DNA of 63,946 nt, counting the filler, from Hyphochytrium catenoides (lineage: Eukaryota > Protista > Hyphochytriomycota), in the NCBI GenBank assembly GCA_900088475.1. It is 8 parts of 8 records of this genome, joined end to end, with 100 filler letters (N's around TTAATTAATTAA, not from the genome) between each part and the next. Parts side by side here need not be neighbours in the genome. Positions count along the whole stretch, not along the records: positions 18,147 to 48,856 come from FLMG01002985.1; 7 more parts are not named here. One strand, given 5' to 3'. The translations under genes and the position numbers were made by a program. Positions 21,934 to 35,481 of this stretch are shown here, piece by piece (position 1 is the first letter of the stretch; the number at the start of each line of letters is the position of its first letter). Below the pieces are notes generated by a model. It searched no databases. It was given only the letters and a program-made list of their open reading frames with translations, and had not been told where the DNA came from.

Positions 21934-22959
21934 ATGACAGCATGGTGGCAAGCCCTCATCTCCACTCTACTACTAGGCAGCATGCTGCCTCTTCTGCTCC
22001 TTTTCCTTCTAAGGCCCGCTGGATACAAGCTCTTCCTACTTGCCGATAGCAAGAAAGTGCAGACGTTCTTCAACAACCTCAAATCTGTAAAGCACCTAAG
22101 CTCGGTGACAAGCTATAGCCAGGGCGAGATCCTTCCTCAAGGGCTTATCCTAGGTGGAACTTTCCTTGCCTACGCTCATGGAAGCGAAGGTTCGTCGTCC
22201 TACTCTCGTCCCTGGGATTCAGAAAGTAGAGGAAAGATCTATGTTCTCTGTACGGAGAAGTGTATGCAGGAGGTGCTACTGAAGGAAAAGCCGCTTGATA
22301 GGCCTCCCGCCGAAGGCAGCACGAAGGCGACAGAGATTTGTCTCATAGAAAGATACGGCTCGTACTCTTACCTCTACTATGCAACGCGGTCTATTACCCT
22401 GGATGACAGTCTTTCTCCCCGACCAGATCAACAAGCGATTGTCGAGACGATGGTAGAGCAGTACAAAAGGAAGTACCATGCTTCTGCCTTTGTCTCTGGA
22501 GCGACAGGTACGGGCAAGACGACGTTAGGACTCTTCCTCGCTAAAGCTCTGGAAGGCAGTCTCTGTACTACGTTTGACCCTTCGGCTCCTGGAGACTCAT
22601 TGCAGAAGGTAGTCCATACTGCAAAACCGGACAAGGGGACTCCTCTCATTATAGTTCTAGACGAGGTAGACATTCTCCTGCACAAAGTGCACAATCGCGA
22701 AGTGGGCATGCATAAGGACATTCCTATCTCTGTCTTTGACAAGCGCACCTTCAACAAGTTCTTCGATGATCTCTTCCTCTTCCCCCACACGATTATCCTG
22801 ATGACATCTAACGTGTCAAAGGACGTCATCGACAGCTGGGATAAGTCCTATCTTCGTCAAGGCCGAGTGGACATTTGCAGCTCTCTAATCGTGCCAGAAA
22901 GCAAGGACGAGGGCAAGAGGAGCCAAGCCGCCAAGGTACAAGCAGCCGCTGCTTTCTGA
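21934..22959 (+). CDS. membrane-anchored AAA+ ATPase, intronless, 341 aa
   Basis: N-terminal hydrophobic helix; Walker A GATGTGKT; Walker B IIVLDEVD; sensor-1 LMTSN; SRH-like DKSYLRQGRVD. Confidence 0.88.
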   Translation: MTAWWQALISTLLLGSMLPLLLLFLLRPAGYKLFLLADSKKVQTFFNNLKSVKHLSSVTSYSQGEILPQGLILGGTFLAYAHGSEGSSSYSRPWDSESRGKIYVLCTEKCMQEVLLKEKPLDRPPAEGSTKATEICLIERYGSYSYLYYATRSITLDDSLSPRPDQQAIVETMVEQYKRKYHASAFVSGATGTGKTTLGLFLAKALEGSLCTTFDPSAPGDSLQKVVHTAKPDKGTPLIIVLDEVDILLHKVHNREVGMHKDIPISVFDKRTFNKFFDDLFLFPHTIILMTSNVSKDVIDSWDKSYLRQGRVDICSSLIVPESKDEGKRSQAAKVQAAAAF

Positions 22960-23379
22960 GTGACGCAAGCTGCTATATGGCCTGCGTCTAGAGATCAGCT
23001 ACCTATCGGCGGTAGCGGACGCTTCAAGGTACTAGTGACAATCTTCGTGGGGCAAATGCATTGCATACCCGGCACAAGATCAAAGGGAGCCAGGAGGAGA
23101 GACATGTGAAGAGAAGAAGCGTGAGGTTGTCGCTCTGAACGGTGCGGCGGAGGGTACGGTTCCTTTTTTTTGCTCTATAACGAGAAAATATAGAATAAAC
23201 AGTTCCTAGAGAAGGATGCGGTAACCTATATCTTCAGTACATAGGCTAGATGTCGACTGTACAGGAGAAAAAAGCGGAAGAAAAAGGAGATCAGGCTTAA
23301 GTCCCAACCCTACAAACTGAGTCCAGGCAGATAAACTAGTTCTATGGTGCGTTTGCACGTACTTGCGGACCTCCATGAG

Positions 23380-23589
23380 CTAACTCCTACATAAAGGACA
23401 TTCGTACAAGGAAGCCAGCTCCATAAGCTCCGAGAAGAGCAAAAGGCGCCGTCCCACGCTAGCACCAATGAGCCTGAGGATGTTGGGATGCTTCACCCGT
23501 GGCCAAGTCTCAAACTCGTCTTCTGCGAGAGCCTGCTTCAGAGCTCTGGAAGGCAACACGCCTGCATATCGATACTTCTTCACTGCCAC
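23380..23589 (-). pseudogene. protein kinase fragment (subdomains II-V)
   Basis: VAVKK...EFETWPRVKHPNILRLIGAS...LLFSELMELASLYE. No glycine loop, HRD or DFG exon is recognisable nearby. Confidence 0.6.
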
Positions 23590-24895
23590 CTAAAGAGCCA
23601 AATGTAGCACCAAGCTATTAGTTAAGCTATGGGATGGACAAGAGACCAGTGAAGCGCCTACGCTCAGGTGACCAATGACAACCAAGACCAAGAGACGATG
23701 AGGAATGGACCAAGCCGAGCATTGTCCTTGTAAAAGCGAGGCCACTCCAGCTGATCTTCTTTATAGAATAGAAACATAGTTCTACAAATACTACTGTTTC
23801 ACCTTCACAGTGATAAAACAGTACTTGTAAACCAATAGAACTATCTAATGTTTCATTTGTGGCCAATAATGGCACATGCAGCACATGCATCAGTTGAGCA
23901 TGCTCTAGGTTTATATAATATCAGTGTACCACAACCTTCAAGGAGAAGGGCCGAGCCATCATGGGATTCATGGCATCATCGCCTCCTTGAGCGCACATTC
24001 GGAAGAGTTCCATGACGTCATAGATTCGGAAGGTCGTACTCGTAATGAGGGCGCACGGACTTGAGCGCTCGCATGCGATCCAAAAATGACAAAGGAGCTG
24101 AGGAAAAGGATGTACAAGTACAACGCTTATTAGACTGATAGATACCTGGTTCCACTGAGTTCTAGTTCTATGCACAAGGACTGCTGGCTAATATTACTCT
24201 TATTGCAAGATGAAAAAATAGGTCGAGCGATCGAAAATATCGATCAGGCTCACTTCATGTCCGTTGCACTCTCTATCTGGTCTACCTGGAAGTTTAGGGG
24301 GAGATAATTGAGAAAAGGCAGAGGGGACAGAGAAGAAAGAACACGTTAAAATAAGATGGCACTACTGGTTCTACTGTTGAAGGGAAAGGATAAAGATGTC
24401 TTGCTTTCTGGCATCCTTCTCGTAGCGGACGCACAGCTCGATGAGTCATCATCATGTCATCATCATGTCTGAGCTACACTAGAATGAGAAGGAACGACGG
24501 CATTTCTTTCCCTTCCGCTTATGAAAATTCTTGTTGTCTGAGTTTTCGTGGTACAAAAATGTGGTTGGAGGAGTCTTTTGCGGGTGCAGCAATAGCTGAG
24601 ATTTGAAGATCCAGACTTCAGATGGCGCAGAGCAAAGGGTCTATTAGAGGGAAGATCATTTTAGAAATTTGTCGAACGCAGCTGCCAGTCAACCGATACA
24701 TGCTGGCAGTCCACCGCTCAATTTTAGCTAAACTTGAACAGGAGACGCGGCTACTTTTCCTCTGAGAGCAGTCTTCTTGGCAATAGAGCCAGCGCCATCC
24801 CTCCACCGCGCCAAGTCTCCCCGGAAGATTGCCTTTGTTGACAACTGTGAGACGTGCAACGACTCCTATCTTACAAACTAGCACCTAGCCCAACA

Positions 24896-26852
24896 ATGAG
24901 CATAATAGACTCATTCGAGCAATACGGAAGCAGAGAGCTCGTAGCCTTTATACCCTGCCCATTCCCCTATGTTGGTACGTCTAGTGCGGTGTCCGGGCTG
25001 TCTCTCATTTGCAGTGCTGCAGACTCAAATAAGTCTCTTCTCCTCTTCTCGTCGTTAATCCCTTCGTCGGTTCTCTTGCCTGTTTCTCATGCCTCAAAGC
25101 GACTTCTAGTAGCGCAGCCATCTATTCACTAAATGCTTGTGCTACCAGGGTCTGAATGTCATCAAACATACTCTGAGGTTGTCGGGGCAGCCTATGCGAC
25201 AGTCGGTGCGGTGTCCATTGTCACAGGGCTTGTGGGCGCTGTTCTCATATTAGTCCGCGCGCCTGACCTCTGGAACAGAGGCTCCAGCATCCAAAAAGCA
25301 TGCTTTCCTTTCCTATTCCTTGGCTTTGTGGGGTTTATCCTCAAGGGAACGGACTTTGGGGGATACGGGGGAGCCCTGCCTCTGGTGGTTTTTACCGTCT
25401 CCTCAGCTGCAACGCCATGTGCGCTCTTCAGTATCTGGTGAGCAGGAGAAGACTATCTCCTCAGGCAATCTCCAGAGTACCACGTTGGAGCGCTCTGTAT
25501 TCTTCTATGTTTCCTATACTCTTACCCTTCTTCCTTCGGATATCGCATGTTCATCCCTGATTGCAGTTCGTTCTCTCTTCAATTTGTCGGCGCTTCCCTC
25601 CTAACGCTTGACTTTCGCTGTCCTCACTGTCTCATCATCTCCCTCTTTGGCTCCGTCTCCGTTCACCCAGCTTCGTGGTTGCCATCATGTGGGGCTCACT
25701 GCTGCAGACATATAGCCATCAGAAGATCACTTTCACTGCCATACGCCTCTTCGGCGTGGTGCTTATCGCCCTCACGTGGTGTATCTGCATTCCTCTGGGC
25801 TGGGAAATGGGTGCTGAGCCGGCTGGGAAGAGAGACCTTAGTGGTTTTGTCCTAGGCCAACGACTAGTTCTCTCAGGTACGCTAGTATATTACTTCCGGT
25901 TCCACAAGCTGCGCTCCTTAGTAGCAAATCTGACCTCCTGCTCACCCACTGAATACCTTTTCTTTTCTCGACCATGGCTCTCTTTGGTCTTGGACTTCTC
26001 CATACTCTTCTGTCATCCGCGTCACAGTCCCAAAACTTTTGCTGAACGCTCTCTCGCTCAACAGTGATCGGCACCATTGGATTAGTGTACTTTGTCTACA
26101 CTGGAGCCGTGTTGCATCGCCGTCTGATGGAGTCTTTCAATGAGTCTACCCAGGCGCTTGGAGCCATGGACCCAGAGAATATGCACAGCATAGAGCTGGA
26201 CTATCTTCAGCCAAGAAAACCCTCCGCAACGCCCTTGCAAGATGTCCAAAGGAGGAACAAGTGCTCTTGGTGTTCATGTTCCCTTCTCATCAGCACATGG
26301 CAACGCCTTCCACGCATCACAAGGTTTCTGATATTTTTCTGCATTCCAGCTTTCCTTGTCCTCCTCTCTCTCTATTATATGGCCTACTGCGTGATGGAAA
26401 ATGGGTTCTTGTTGGCTTGGCAAGAGTACAGCATCTGCCGGTTCAGAGCAGGGGAAGATGAAGCGAAGGCGAGTGAGTGTCCTACGAGACTAGACCTGGT
26501 AGAGTTTTCTATGGCACAATGTATTCTGTTGTCTCTTGCGCTGGCAGCATTTTGGCGACTGCCAAGCCAGAGCTCCCCAGAGCGAGATTTCGGGTATGGA
26601 GGAGAGAAAATTGCCGATGACGAGGAGTCGCGAGGAGGAGAGGCTTTGACAGAGAGAATGGTATCGAAAGGCTCTATCTTTTCAAGCAGTTTGCAGAAGG
26701 AGTTTGAGAGCAAGTACAACTCCACCAGACAGAGCTACATTGAGGAGTGCACACCTCGTGACTCCTGGTTATCTTCTGACTCTTCATCAAGCTTTGAGTC
26801 AGAAAGTATGGAAGGAACAGTGGTCTGGCAGAGGCAGAGCGGGCCAGTCTGA
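24896..26852 (+). CDS. orphan 7-TM membrane protein, paralog 1 (4 exons)
   Basis: Exons 24896-24974, 25149-25437, 25671-25876 and 26065-26852 are GT-AG and in phase. The product has seven hydrophobic segments and aligns with paralogs 2 and 3. Confidence 0.85.
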
Positions 26853-29441
26853 GTGGGAAGTCGTTTTTAAGGCGCTTAAGAAGGAGAAGATATATACTGG
26901 GAGGCAAACCATGAGGTATGCCAAACAGGGCCGGAGACCATGTATACTAGTCATAAAGCTTAAGGGTTTTGAAGCCTTCGAACCTTTGCAGAGGTCCGGA
27001 GAGAAAACCATCAGCATATTTTACTCATATACTTCTGCCTCAGTCATCCTCTTCTGTCCCCCGGTGGAATGCTTGACAAGGGCAGTGAATCTTCTACTCC
27101 AGTGAGCAAAGTTACCACGTCCCGCTGGTTCGTTTCGCGGGCAATGGCACGCTTCTTGTCACCTCGATCGTCCCCCATACTTCAAAGCCTATACTAGTCT
27201 TAAAAGCAAAATGGAGAGGTTCTTTTTGCGTATAGTACATTTGCTTTGAACATCACCATTCAGAAGCATGAAGCTAAAGGTGCAGACCATACGCCTTATG
27301 GTGCATCTATGCAACGCTTTGCAGGGCTTGGCGGTTGATCTGAAAGAGCTCCACCAACATCCTGCGGCGGTTGCGGCGGTCACAGATCTTCTACTCTTCT
27401 CTACTCCTGTAGTTTGTCACTTTTCTCTCTAGAGGGATTCGGCCAGTGACCACACACAACGCAGGGCATCTTTGGGACATCTTTGCGCAAGGGACAAAGG
27501 AGCTTTGGACCTCACCGATGTGCGCTGTCGGCTCGGCCTGGTACTAGTAGTTCTAATCAGTGGCGGCTAGCAACATTCGAAGAGGTCACTTGGGAGAACA
27601 AAAAGGCTGTATGGCAACAGATGAGAAGTAGGTCGCTCTACCGTTAGGACTGTCCGCTCTACTGTTAGGACGAGCCTAAAACGGTAGTGCTTACGACTTC
27701 AAGAAGACCAGCTTCAAGAGGCTGGAGGAAGTACTTCTTTATGCGGATACATCTGGATTGCATTCCCAGGAAAACAAGGTGATTACTTTCCTCAGCTTAG
27801 TAGGTAAGAGGCTGCTAGTTTGCTAATCGCATGGTAATCGTTAGCATCACTATACCGTTCTATAAACACGAATAAAGGAAGGTAATGTGCCACATGTGTC
27901 ACTGATGGTGGACGCGGCTCCGGGTCCGCCTGTCTCTTTTTATTCTTGAACTATAATGTTCCAGACCCAAGAGAGAGAAAGATACGTAACACGGGAGATG
28001 GGGAGGAAGAGAAAAGTAGAAAGAAGAGAAAAGAGAAAGAAGAGAGAGAGAGAGAGAGAGAGAGACGAGGGAAGTAAAAAGACGGATGAGAGAGAAGAGA
28101 GAGAGAAACAGAGTGACAAACAGGGAGGAGAATGATAGAGGGAACAGAGAAAGAGAGAATGCTTTGATGAAAGAGAAAGGGAGGAAGGGAAGAAGACGAC
28201 AAGAAAGTAGGAACGAGAGCAACAGGTAAAGGAGCGTCCGGATGGATGACCCTCGATTGTCCGAAAAACGTCAGCGAGTGAGCCCATTGGCTTGACGAGT
28301 GCCGGGGAGCTTTATTAGCATTGGAGAGTTAAAGCCAAAGAAGAGGGAAGAGACAAGAGAGAGAAAAATAAGACGAGAAAGAGAGAAGAAGTAGAAGCAC
28401 AAGGTCGCCTATAGTGGACCGACTAAACCCTAGTTGGGTCAGCCTGTTTGTCATCCCGACTAAGCCTCTCATTCTTCCTTCAATGGCCGGGCCAGTAGTA
28501 GACGAGAGTTTCCTCTCTCTTTGCCTCGTCTCTCCAAAGAGATCCCCCTCTCTTCTCCTCTCTCTCTGAGCCCTTCTCCCCTCGTAATGCAGACTAGAAG
28601 AGACCTATGGCTCCATCTTAGCCTGACAATCAGTCTCTCTCTCTGCTTCAACTCGTTGTCATCCCTTTGAGCTTCTTTCATTACTAGTGCAGGCTATCTT
28701 TCTCTTTCCTTAGGAATAAAGACAAGCTTTGGGAAACTCTGTGAGCCAACCTAGTCTCTCTATAGTTCTACCGCTCTCTGTTGTGGCTCTTCTTGTTCCT
28801 CTATATCCCTCTCTCTCTCTGTTTCGCATCTCACGCTTCGCTCTCGTGCCACTCGACTCTCTTAGTTCTCTCTTCTCTCTCACTCTCAATCTCTCGCTTC
28901 TCTCTCACTCTCTCTCTTCTGATCCTCTGTCTCTCTTTCCGACGCCCACAACCACGGCGACGTGTGCTGCTTCTCTAACTGCATCTTTCATCTTTCGCTG
29001 CTCTCTGGGTGTACCTCGGTTCGCATACCCTGGTCACTAGTTATATCGGCTTCTGACATTCTGTTTCCCATCTGCGATCCTATCTTTCTCCTTACTATCA
29101 GTCCAGTCAGACATATTATCGCGCCTCTGCTACAATCTGCTCTGGTACGCTGATCATTAGAACCAAAGGCGGGACGGCATTGCAAAGACTTTGTTAAGAC
29201 GAAGCTCTCTTCGGGAGAAAAGAGAGAGAGAGAGAGAGAATTAAGGCAAGTTAGAGAGACTATCATGAATTTCCCAGGATAAAGAAGTCGCCTGAGAGAC
29301 TATAAGTAGCGAGGCAGAAGAGAGATAAAGTGGACATAGATCACTCGCCTTCTTCATCGAAAGGGTGCCAGCAGTGGGCTCAAAAGCGTTAAGCTCTACT
29401 CCTGCGGCCTGCCGGCTCCCTCTCTCTCTGCCTGACTAGAG

Positions 29442-30366
29442 ATGGCAGGAGTTCAAGAGCTCAATGCTCCAATGGTTTCTATCTCCTCTCTGTCAAGGAC
29501 GATCCGGAGCTTGATGAGTGCAGATGAAGATATTGACGAAAGACTCCGAGCCATTCCCTGTAACTATCCCTATGTTGGTGAGGCAGCAATCTCTCTCTCT
29601 CTCTTGCTCTTCTCTTAATCTCTCTCTTTCTCTTTCATCTCTCTCCCGCCTATGTCTCATCTTCGCATGTCCGAAGTAACCTCTTGCACCGAAGTTCCGT
29701 CTCTTTCCCTGCGTCTCACAACGAATCTTCTCTCTCTCAGCACCGGACTGCAGACGAACCTACGCAGAAATCATTGGGTCTCCACATTCAGACTGGGGCA
29801 TTTTCCTCCTGGCAGCTGGAGGACTTGGTTCTCTCCTCACGATCGTCCGCGCCCCAGGAGTCATAAGACGGGGTTCGAGGTTTCAGAGGGCATGTATGCA
29901 CTTCATCTTCATTGCCTTTCTCTCTCTTCTCATCCAAGGACTGGACATTAAGGGTTACGGCGGAACATTGCCGGCGATGGCAGCGGCTGTTGCCACATTT
30001 TCCACGCCTGCCTGCCTGATAAGCATCTGGTAGGTCAGGCAGAGTGAATCCCCATGCTTCTACCAAACCAGTCCTTTCTTTCTCTCTCTCTTCTGTCTGT
30101 GACTCTGACTCTCTCTGTCTCTCTCTCTCTCTTACTTTGGTCTTCTCTCTCTTGTGTTCTTCACGAGAAACGCTGAGAGGGAAGATGAGAGCAGTCTTAT
30201 CTGTGTCTTTCTTCCCTCCTTGATATCTCTTCTTCTTCTTCTCTTCCTGTTACGTGCCTGCTGTGTTTTGCGCACTACTCATTTCTCCCTTCTTCCTTCC
30301 AAATGTCTTCCGTCCCTCTCATTTCTTTTCTCTCTCTCCCTCTCTCTCTGTCTCCCTCTCTCTCTG

Positions 30367-30403
<37 letters not shown>

Positions 30404-32031
30404 TTCTCTGCAGCCTAGTGATTGCCGTTATATGGAGCTCCCTTCTGCTCAGCTACAGCGCCAACAGGAAACGAACAACAGCAATTCGCCTCTTTGGCTG
30501 GATTCTAATGGTCGCTACCTGGGCGGCGTCCATCACCTTCGCGGCTCTGCTGGCTCTTGAGCCGGTGGGAAAGACTGACGTCCATCTCTATGTTCAGCTC
30601 GAGTTACTGACCTTAGGAGGTAAGAATGGACACTTCAGCCTTTGCTCTCGGCTCTGTCTTCGCCCAAAAAGTTCATTGCCCACTTCCGTGATGGAGAAAC
30701 GATTGAGAAGGGCCTGTAGCCCGGAGAGGATGGCAATGATAGGAGCGGAAAAGAGAAGAGGGCGATTCGATGAAACGAAGTAGAGAGACAAAAAAAAAGA
30801 GGGAAAGAGGAAAAGAAGCAGGGAACGAGGCAAGAGGGAAGGAAGGACCGGGAGACATGGTGAGAGAAGGGAGTAAGAGAGAGAGAGAGAGAAAGGACAA
30901 CAGAGGTATATATCTCTGTGCAGCTGACAGAGAGGAAGAGGGCAAAGGGCAAAGAAAAGAGCAATAGAAAGAGAGAAGCCGAATGAACAGAGCTGCTTCG
31001 ATAAGTCGAGGTTCTTTCCGTTGTTTACTCTGTCTTTCTCCTTGCTCCCGGTCGTTCTCTCTTGGTCTCTCTCTCACATGTGTCATTCTCCACTCTCAGG
31101 TCTCGGAGCTTTTGCGCTTCTGCTTTTCATCTACACGGGTACTATTCTGCACTGGAAAGTGATGAAGTCTTTCTCAGAGACTGTGGACAACTGCTACGCA
31201 ATGACCGACACACCTCCAGCGGGCGCCACCACCTCTTACTCTCCTGCGGGACCAGCAGTGATGATGGAGGTGGAGTCAATAGAACCTTCAGGAAAGGCAA
31301 GTGAGACACAAAGAGCGGCAGAAAGAGACCTCACGAAGAAGAAGAAAGAGAGTTGGCTTTCTTCTCTTCGTGTCAACGATCGCTGGCATAATCTTCCCAG
31401 AATGACAAAGTTCCTCGTTCTCTTTTCCATTCCGTCGGCAGCGGTTCTCGCCTATGTTGGATATATGGCGTACCTTACCTTCACCATGAAGTTCCTTCTG
31501 GGCTGGCAGAGCTATAATCTCTGTGTAGTTTCTCTCTCTGAAGCGGGCGAGAGTGTTCAGCGAGGACGATGTCCCGTCGTCTTTGAGTCGATGGACTTCC
31601 AAGTACTGGAGAGCAGCGTTCTCTTTCTTTGTCTATGGGGATTCTGGAAGCTTCCTCCTCGCGTTGCAACCGCCCAGCCCGTGAAAGATGAAGAGAAAGA
31701 CGTCGTAGAGGCGACAAAGACAGGCGAGGAGCATCTATACCTGGAGAAAGAGTCAGAAGATGAGAAAGGAGGAGTGAAGTATCTCTTTGCAGGCAGGAAT
31801 ACCTTCTTTACTGGGTCAAACAAGAGACAGAGCAAGTCCACGTACCTCCTCAGTCTTACACAGAGAATGTCCTCTCTCCGTCATTCATGGATGTCAGCGG
31901 ACTCATTGTTTGATCTAGAGAACTCTGAAGATGAAGACGACGAAGCAGACTCAGAGGATGGAGAAGGTACACGTTCAGCTCGCTTGATGGGCCTGACCTA
32001 CTCGCTCGAAGGATCGATCATCTCGGTGTAA
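29442..32031 (+). CDS. orphan 7-TM membrane protein, paralog 2 (4 exons)
   Basis: Exons 29442 (or 29472/29514)-29577, 29741-30029, 30414-30619 and 31100-32031. Reads IPCNYPYVAPDC..TYAEIIG, LDIKGYGGTLP, AIRLFG, YTGTILH, LPRMTKFL, GWQSYNLC and FWKLP. Confidence 0.85.
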
Positions 32032-32624
32032 ATACCGCGCCAGAACAGAGCAGGAGGAGGACACCTAGGATGGTCTTTTGGCAATGAGAAAGTAAGAGAA
32101 GCCGTCTATCTGTCTCTCTCTCTTAGCCAAGGACAGGACTAGCTTAAGAGACAAGAGGGAGCTCACATTGCATGCGTAACAACGGAATCCATGACTCTCC
32201 ACCAAGAGGGTGAAAGGTGTGACCAGACTGGTAACTTTAAGTGACAACAGAGAGGAAGATGGGGCAGGTGCTCTAATTTTTAAGGACAAGAAGTGCTCCC
32301 CGGTTGTTCTCCTCTATTAGTAACATGAACATTCTCTCCTTGATGGCAAAAAGATTCTTCCTCCTTCCTGTCATGCGACACGCGTCTCTCTCGGTTCTCT
32401 CTCACTATGGTCCAGTCCTGTGGGCCGGTGCTTAACCTCTCTTCTCTTTATGTTGTCTCTCCCTTCTTCTTTTCCTCGACTTTCTATACCAGGCATTTGA
32501 ATAAGCGACGAGAGACGGACTCGAACGTTCCTATTCCTTTCTAAAGTTTCTGCTCTCTCTCTCTTTCCCTCTCTCTCGTTGTGTCTCTTACTCTTTCGCT
32601 CTCTCCCTTGTTTTCTCCCAATCT

Positions 32625-32665
<41 letters not shown>

Positions 32666-34079
32666 TCTTCTCTCTCGTCTTCTCTAATATTTGTGTTCTC
32701 CAAAGCAATGACCTCTTATCGACTCTGCAACCTGCTCCTCGCAAGTATAGTAGCAACTCATCGTGGCTCTTCTCCACTCCCAAAAATTGCTGGCCTCTCT
32801 TCTTCCTACAAGGGTTGCGCTGATCTCGTTGTCTGGCGAGCACTATAATAAGCAATTAGAGCGAGGCGAAGCTGAAGAGCATCGCCTTGTACTGCTGGCC
32901 ATCACCTGCATCAAGAACGTGTCTGTCAATAAGTTCCTTGAAGGAGATAATAGATCGCACCTCTTTCCTCTATTTTGTTCCTGCTAGAAGAAGGTCCACT
33001 TGATAATATGGACCTTACCTGCTCACCAGGAGGGCACTCCCAGAGTAATTTTTCTATGATGATGCTGATCTTTGAGCACAGGGAGGTGAAGAGGCCAAGA
33101 ACTTCTTTGGTTGCTCTTCTCTCCGTTCGCATGTTATCTCTCGTCTTCTTCCTGCCTTCGCCTTCTTTTTTCCTACGCTTTTTCACTCTTTACTTGCTAA
33201 ATTGTAACAAGTGCTAGTCATCATTACCGCCCGTAAACATCAGCAGCAGAAGAAGAGACAAGATGATGAGGAAGAAGAGAGAAGACCTACGACCTACGAC
33301 GTCCTCTTGGTCTCTTCATCTTTCTCCTCCCCTGGATCCTCAACATTATTTGCAAAGGAAGAATCTCTTTGTTGATCTCCTCGACAATAACAAGAGGAGA
33401 GCGGGACATACGGGCACCAAAGGCATCATCACTCTCTACTACCAGGCAAGCAAAGAGAGGGAAAAGATCTCTAACTGCGGAGAAGGGATACCATCAGAGT
33501 CTGAAGCGCCCTTTCTTCCTTTTCCTCAGTAGTTGCTAACCAAAGAACCGCATGCTCTTAGAAATAATCTCATGATCGTCCATTATTCTCTGTGAGATAA
33601 ATCTACTCCTCTTCAGAGGACATAGTAAATAAGTGCTGGACTTAGAACACGAAGACGACGACGATGACAAAGAAGAAGAAGACAAAGACGAATGAAGAAG
33701 AGGAAGAAGAACAAGGAGAGAAAGGAACAAAAGGAGAAGAGACAAGAGCGCAGCTACGAAGAAGTCTTGGGTTCTATCTTCTCCTGCCTCCCTATCTCCT
33801 GGTCTCCCATCTCTTACTTTCTATGAAAAAATATCTCTGAAACGTGTTCCTGTTCATCAGCAGTTGGAACCGCTCTAGCTTGCATCGTTGAGCGCGCTGA
33901 AGATGATGGTCGTCTCGGCACCACCCCATCTTCTTCTCCTCCTCCTCCATCTGCTATCGTTATTGCGAGAGAGCTCAACTATGAATCTTCTTCTTCCCTT
34001 TGCCAATAATAATAATGATGGTGGAGGAGGAGAACACGTTGAAAGATAAGAGTCCCTGGACTCTGTAGCTCTCTCGTCT

Positions 34080-34185
34080 CTTCTTCTTCGTTTGCCTTCT
34101 TCTTTTGCTGCTGCTGCTGCTTCTTCTCCTTCTTCTTCTTCTTCTTCTTCTTCTTCTTCTTCTTCATCTTTTACTTCTTCCTTCT
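34080..34185. repeat. (CTT)n/(CTG)n trinucleotide microsatellite
   Basis: Directly visible; it produces the spurious poly-K/Q ORF at 33979-34167. Confidence 0.9.
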
Positions 34186-35481
34186 TAGTAGAGTAGTCCT
34201 CCTGGAGTTATAAAGTTTCGTGGTATGAACTAAAATACCCGAACTGAAGCTCAGGTGATACGTCACGGCACGGTTGTTGGGTATGGATGTAAGGCTTGAA
34301 TAACGGTAGCTGGTACCCTTCCGGTGACGTATCATCACTCAGTTAAAACGTTTATGGATGACCAAACCAAGTCCTCACCAAAAAAAAAGTTTCCTATCCT
34401 CGTTCTACAAGTACCATACTCCTAATATTATCTACTAAGGCCTTAGGTAAACTTCTTGTAGATTAATAAAGAGACCCACACTTTGGTCTTGGTCGCCACA
34501 ACAGCAGCCGCGCAAGCACCAAGATAACTTCATACTAATAATAAAAGTGAATGACTGTCCTTGGAAGTCAGGAGCTTAATTATTTGATAAAAGGCTAGCT
34601 TCTCTTCTTCTTCTGCATCATCATTGAGATCAGACGCGGCGAAGCTTTGCTATTTCTTTCCAGGTCCATAACAAAGGATGAGGCCGTCTCTTTTGGCCAT
34701 CATCTGTATCCTAATGTGGACCTGCTCCCGTCATCCCAACTCAACTCGCTCTCACAGCCCCACCATATGATGGTCCTGGTTCATCAGAGCACCAACCACA
34801 TAGGAGAAGAAGAAGGAGGTGCACATAGTTCTAACTTTTTTCATAATCTTAGACAAGCAAAAGGAACTCTACTTGTGACTTTGTCACCATGTTCTCTTCT
34901 TCTTCTTGCCATAGCCGAGAAACTCTCTACTATCTTTTGTTCCTGGATTTCTTCGTTCGGCCAAGGCTTCTTGGGCATGAACTGGCGATGACATTCCTTC
35001 AAAGTCCATTATGAGTCACAGTGTACTTTGGCGATGGTCGATAAGCCACCGCTGTCGCCATGGTATTATTAGCTCGCAATAAGTGAAGGCATTAGTGGTG
35101 GGTCGCATCCATCCTCTGTAGTACTTGCTGCTCTAGAGCGAGAGTCACAAGCGGACTAATACCCTCCTCCATCCATGCTTCTGCTCAATCATGTCACATA
35201 CAAGGGATCGCCCGCCCCCGTCCTCCGCTCACTTTTAGACTGATGAGGGGACTTCTGGATGGCAGGCGGCACCTCAAGCTAGCTTGCCCAGGCAGGTGCA
35301 TGCTTTTCTAAGTAACCCATCATCATAATAAGGGGAGACTTTGTCACACTCATTCCCCGTCTCCACTTCACGCCACGGATAGGTCAACAGCAATCTACTT
35401 ATTACGCGGCGGAGGGACGTGGGGTGAAGAAGAAGGTGACAGCGAGCTTCTTGCAGAGAAAGTCTACAGAAGGAAGAAGCA

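Noticed and set aside
33979-34167. Poly-Lys/Gln ORF
   Set aside because: It is a product of the CTT/CTG microsatellite.
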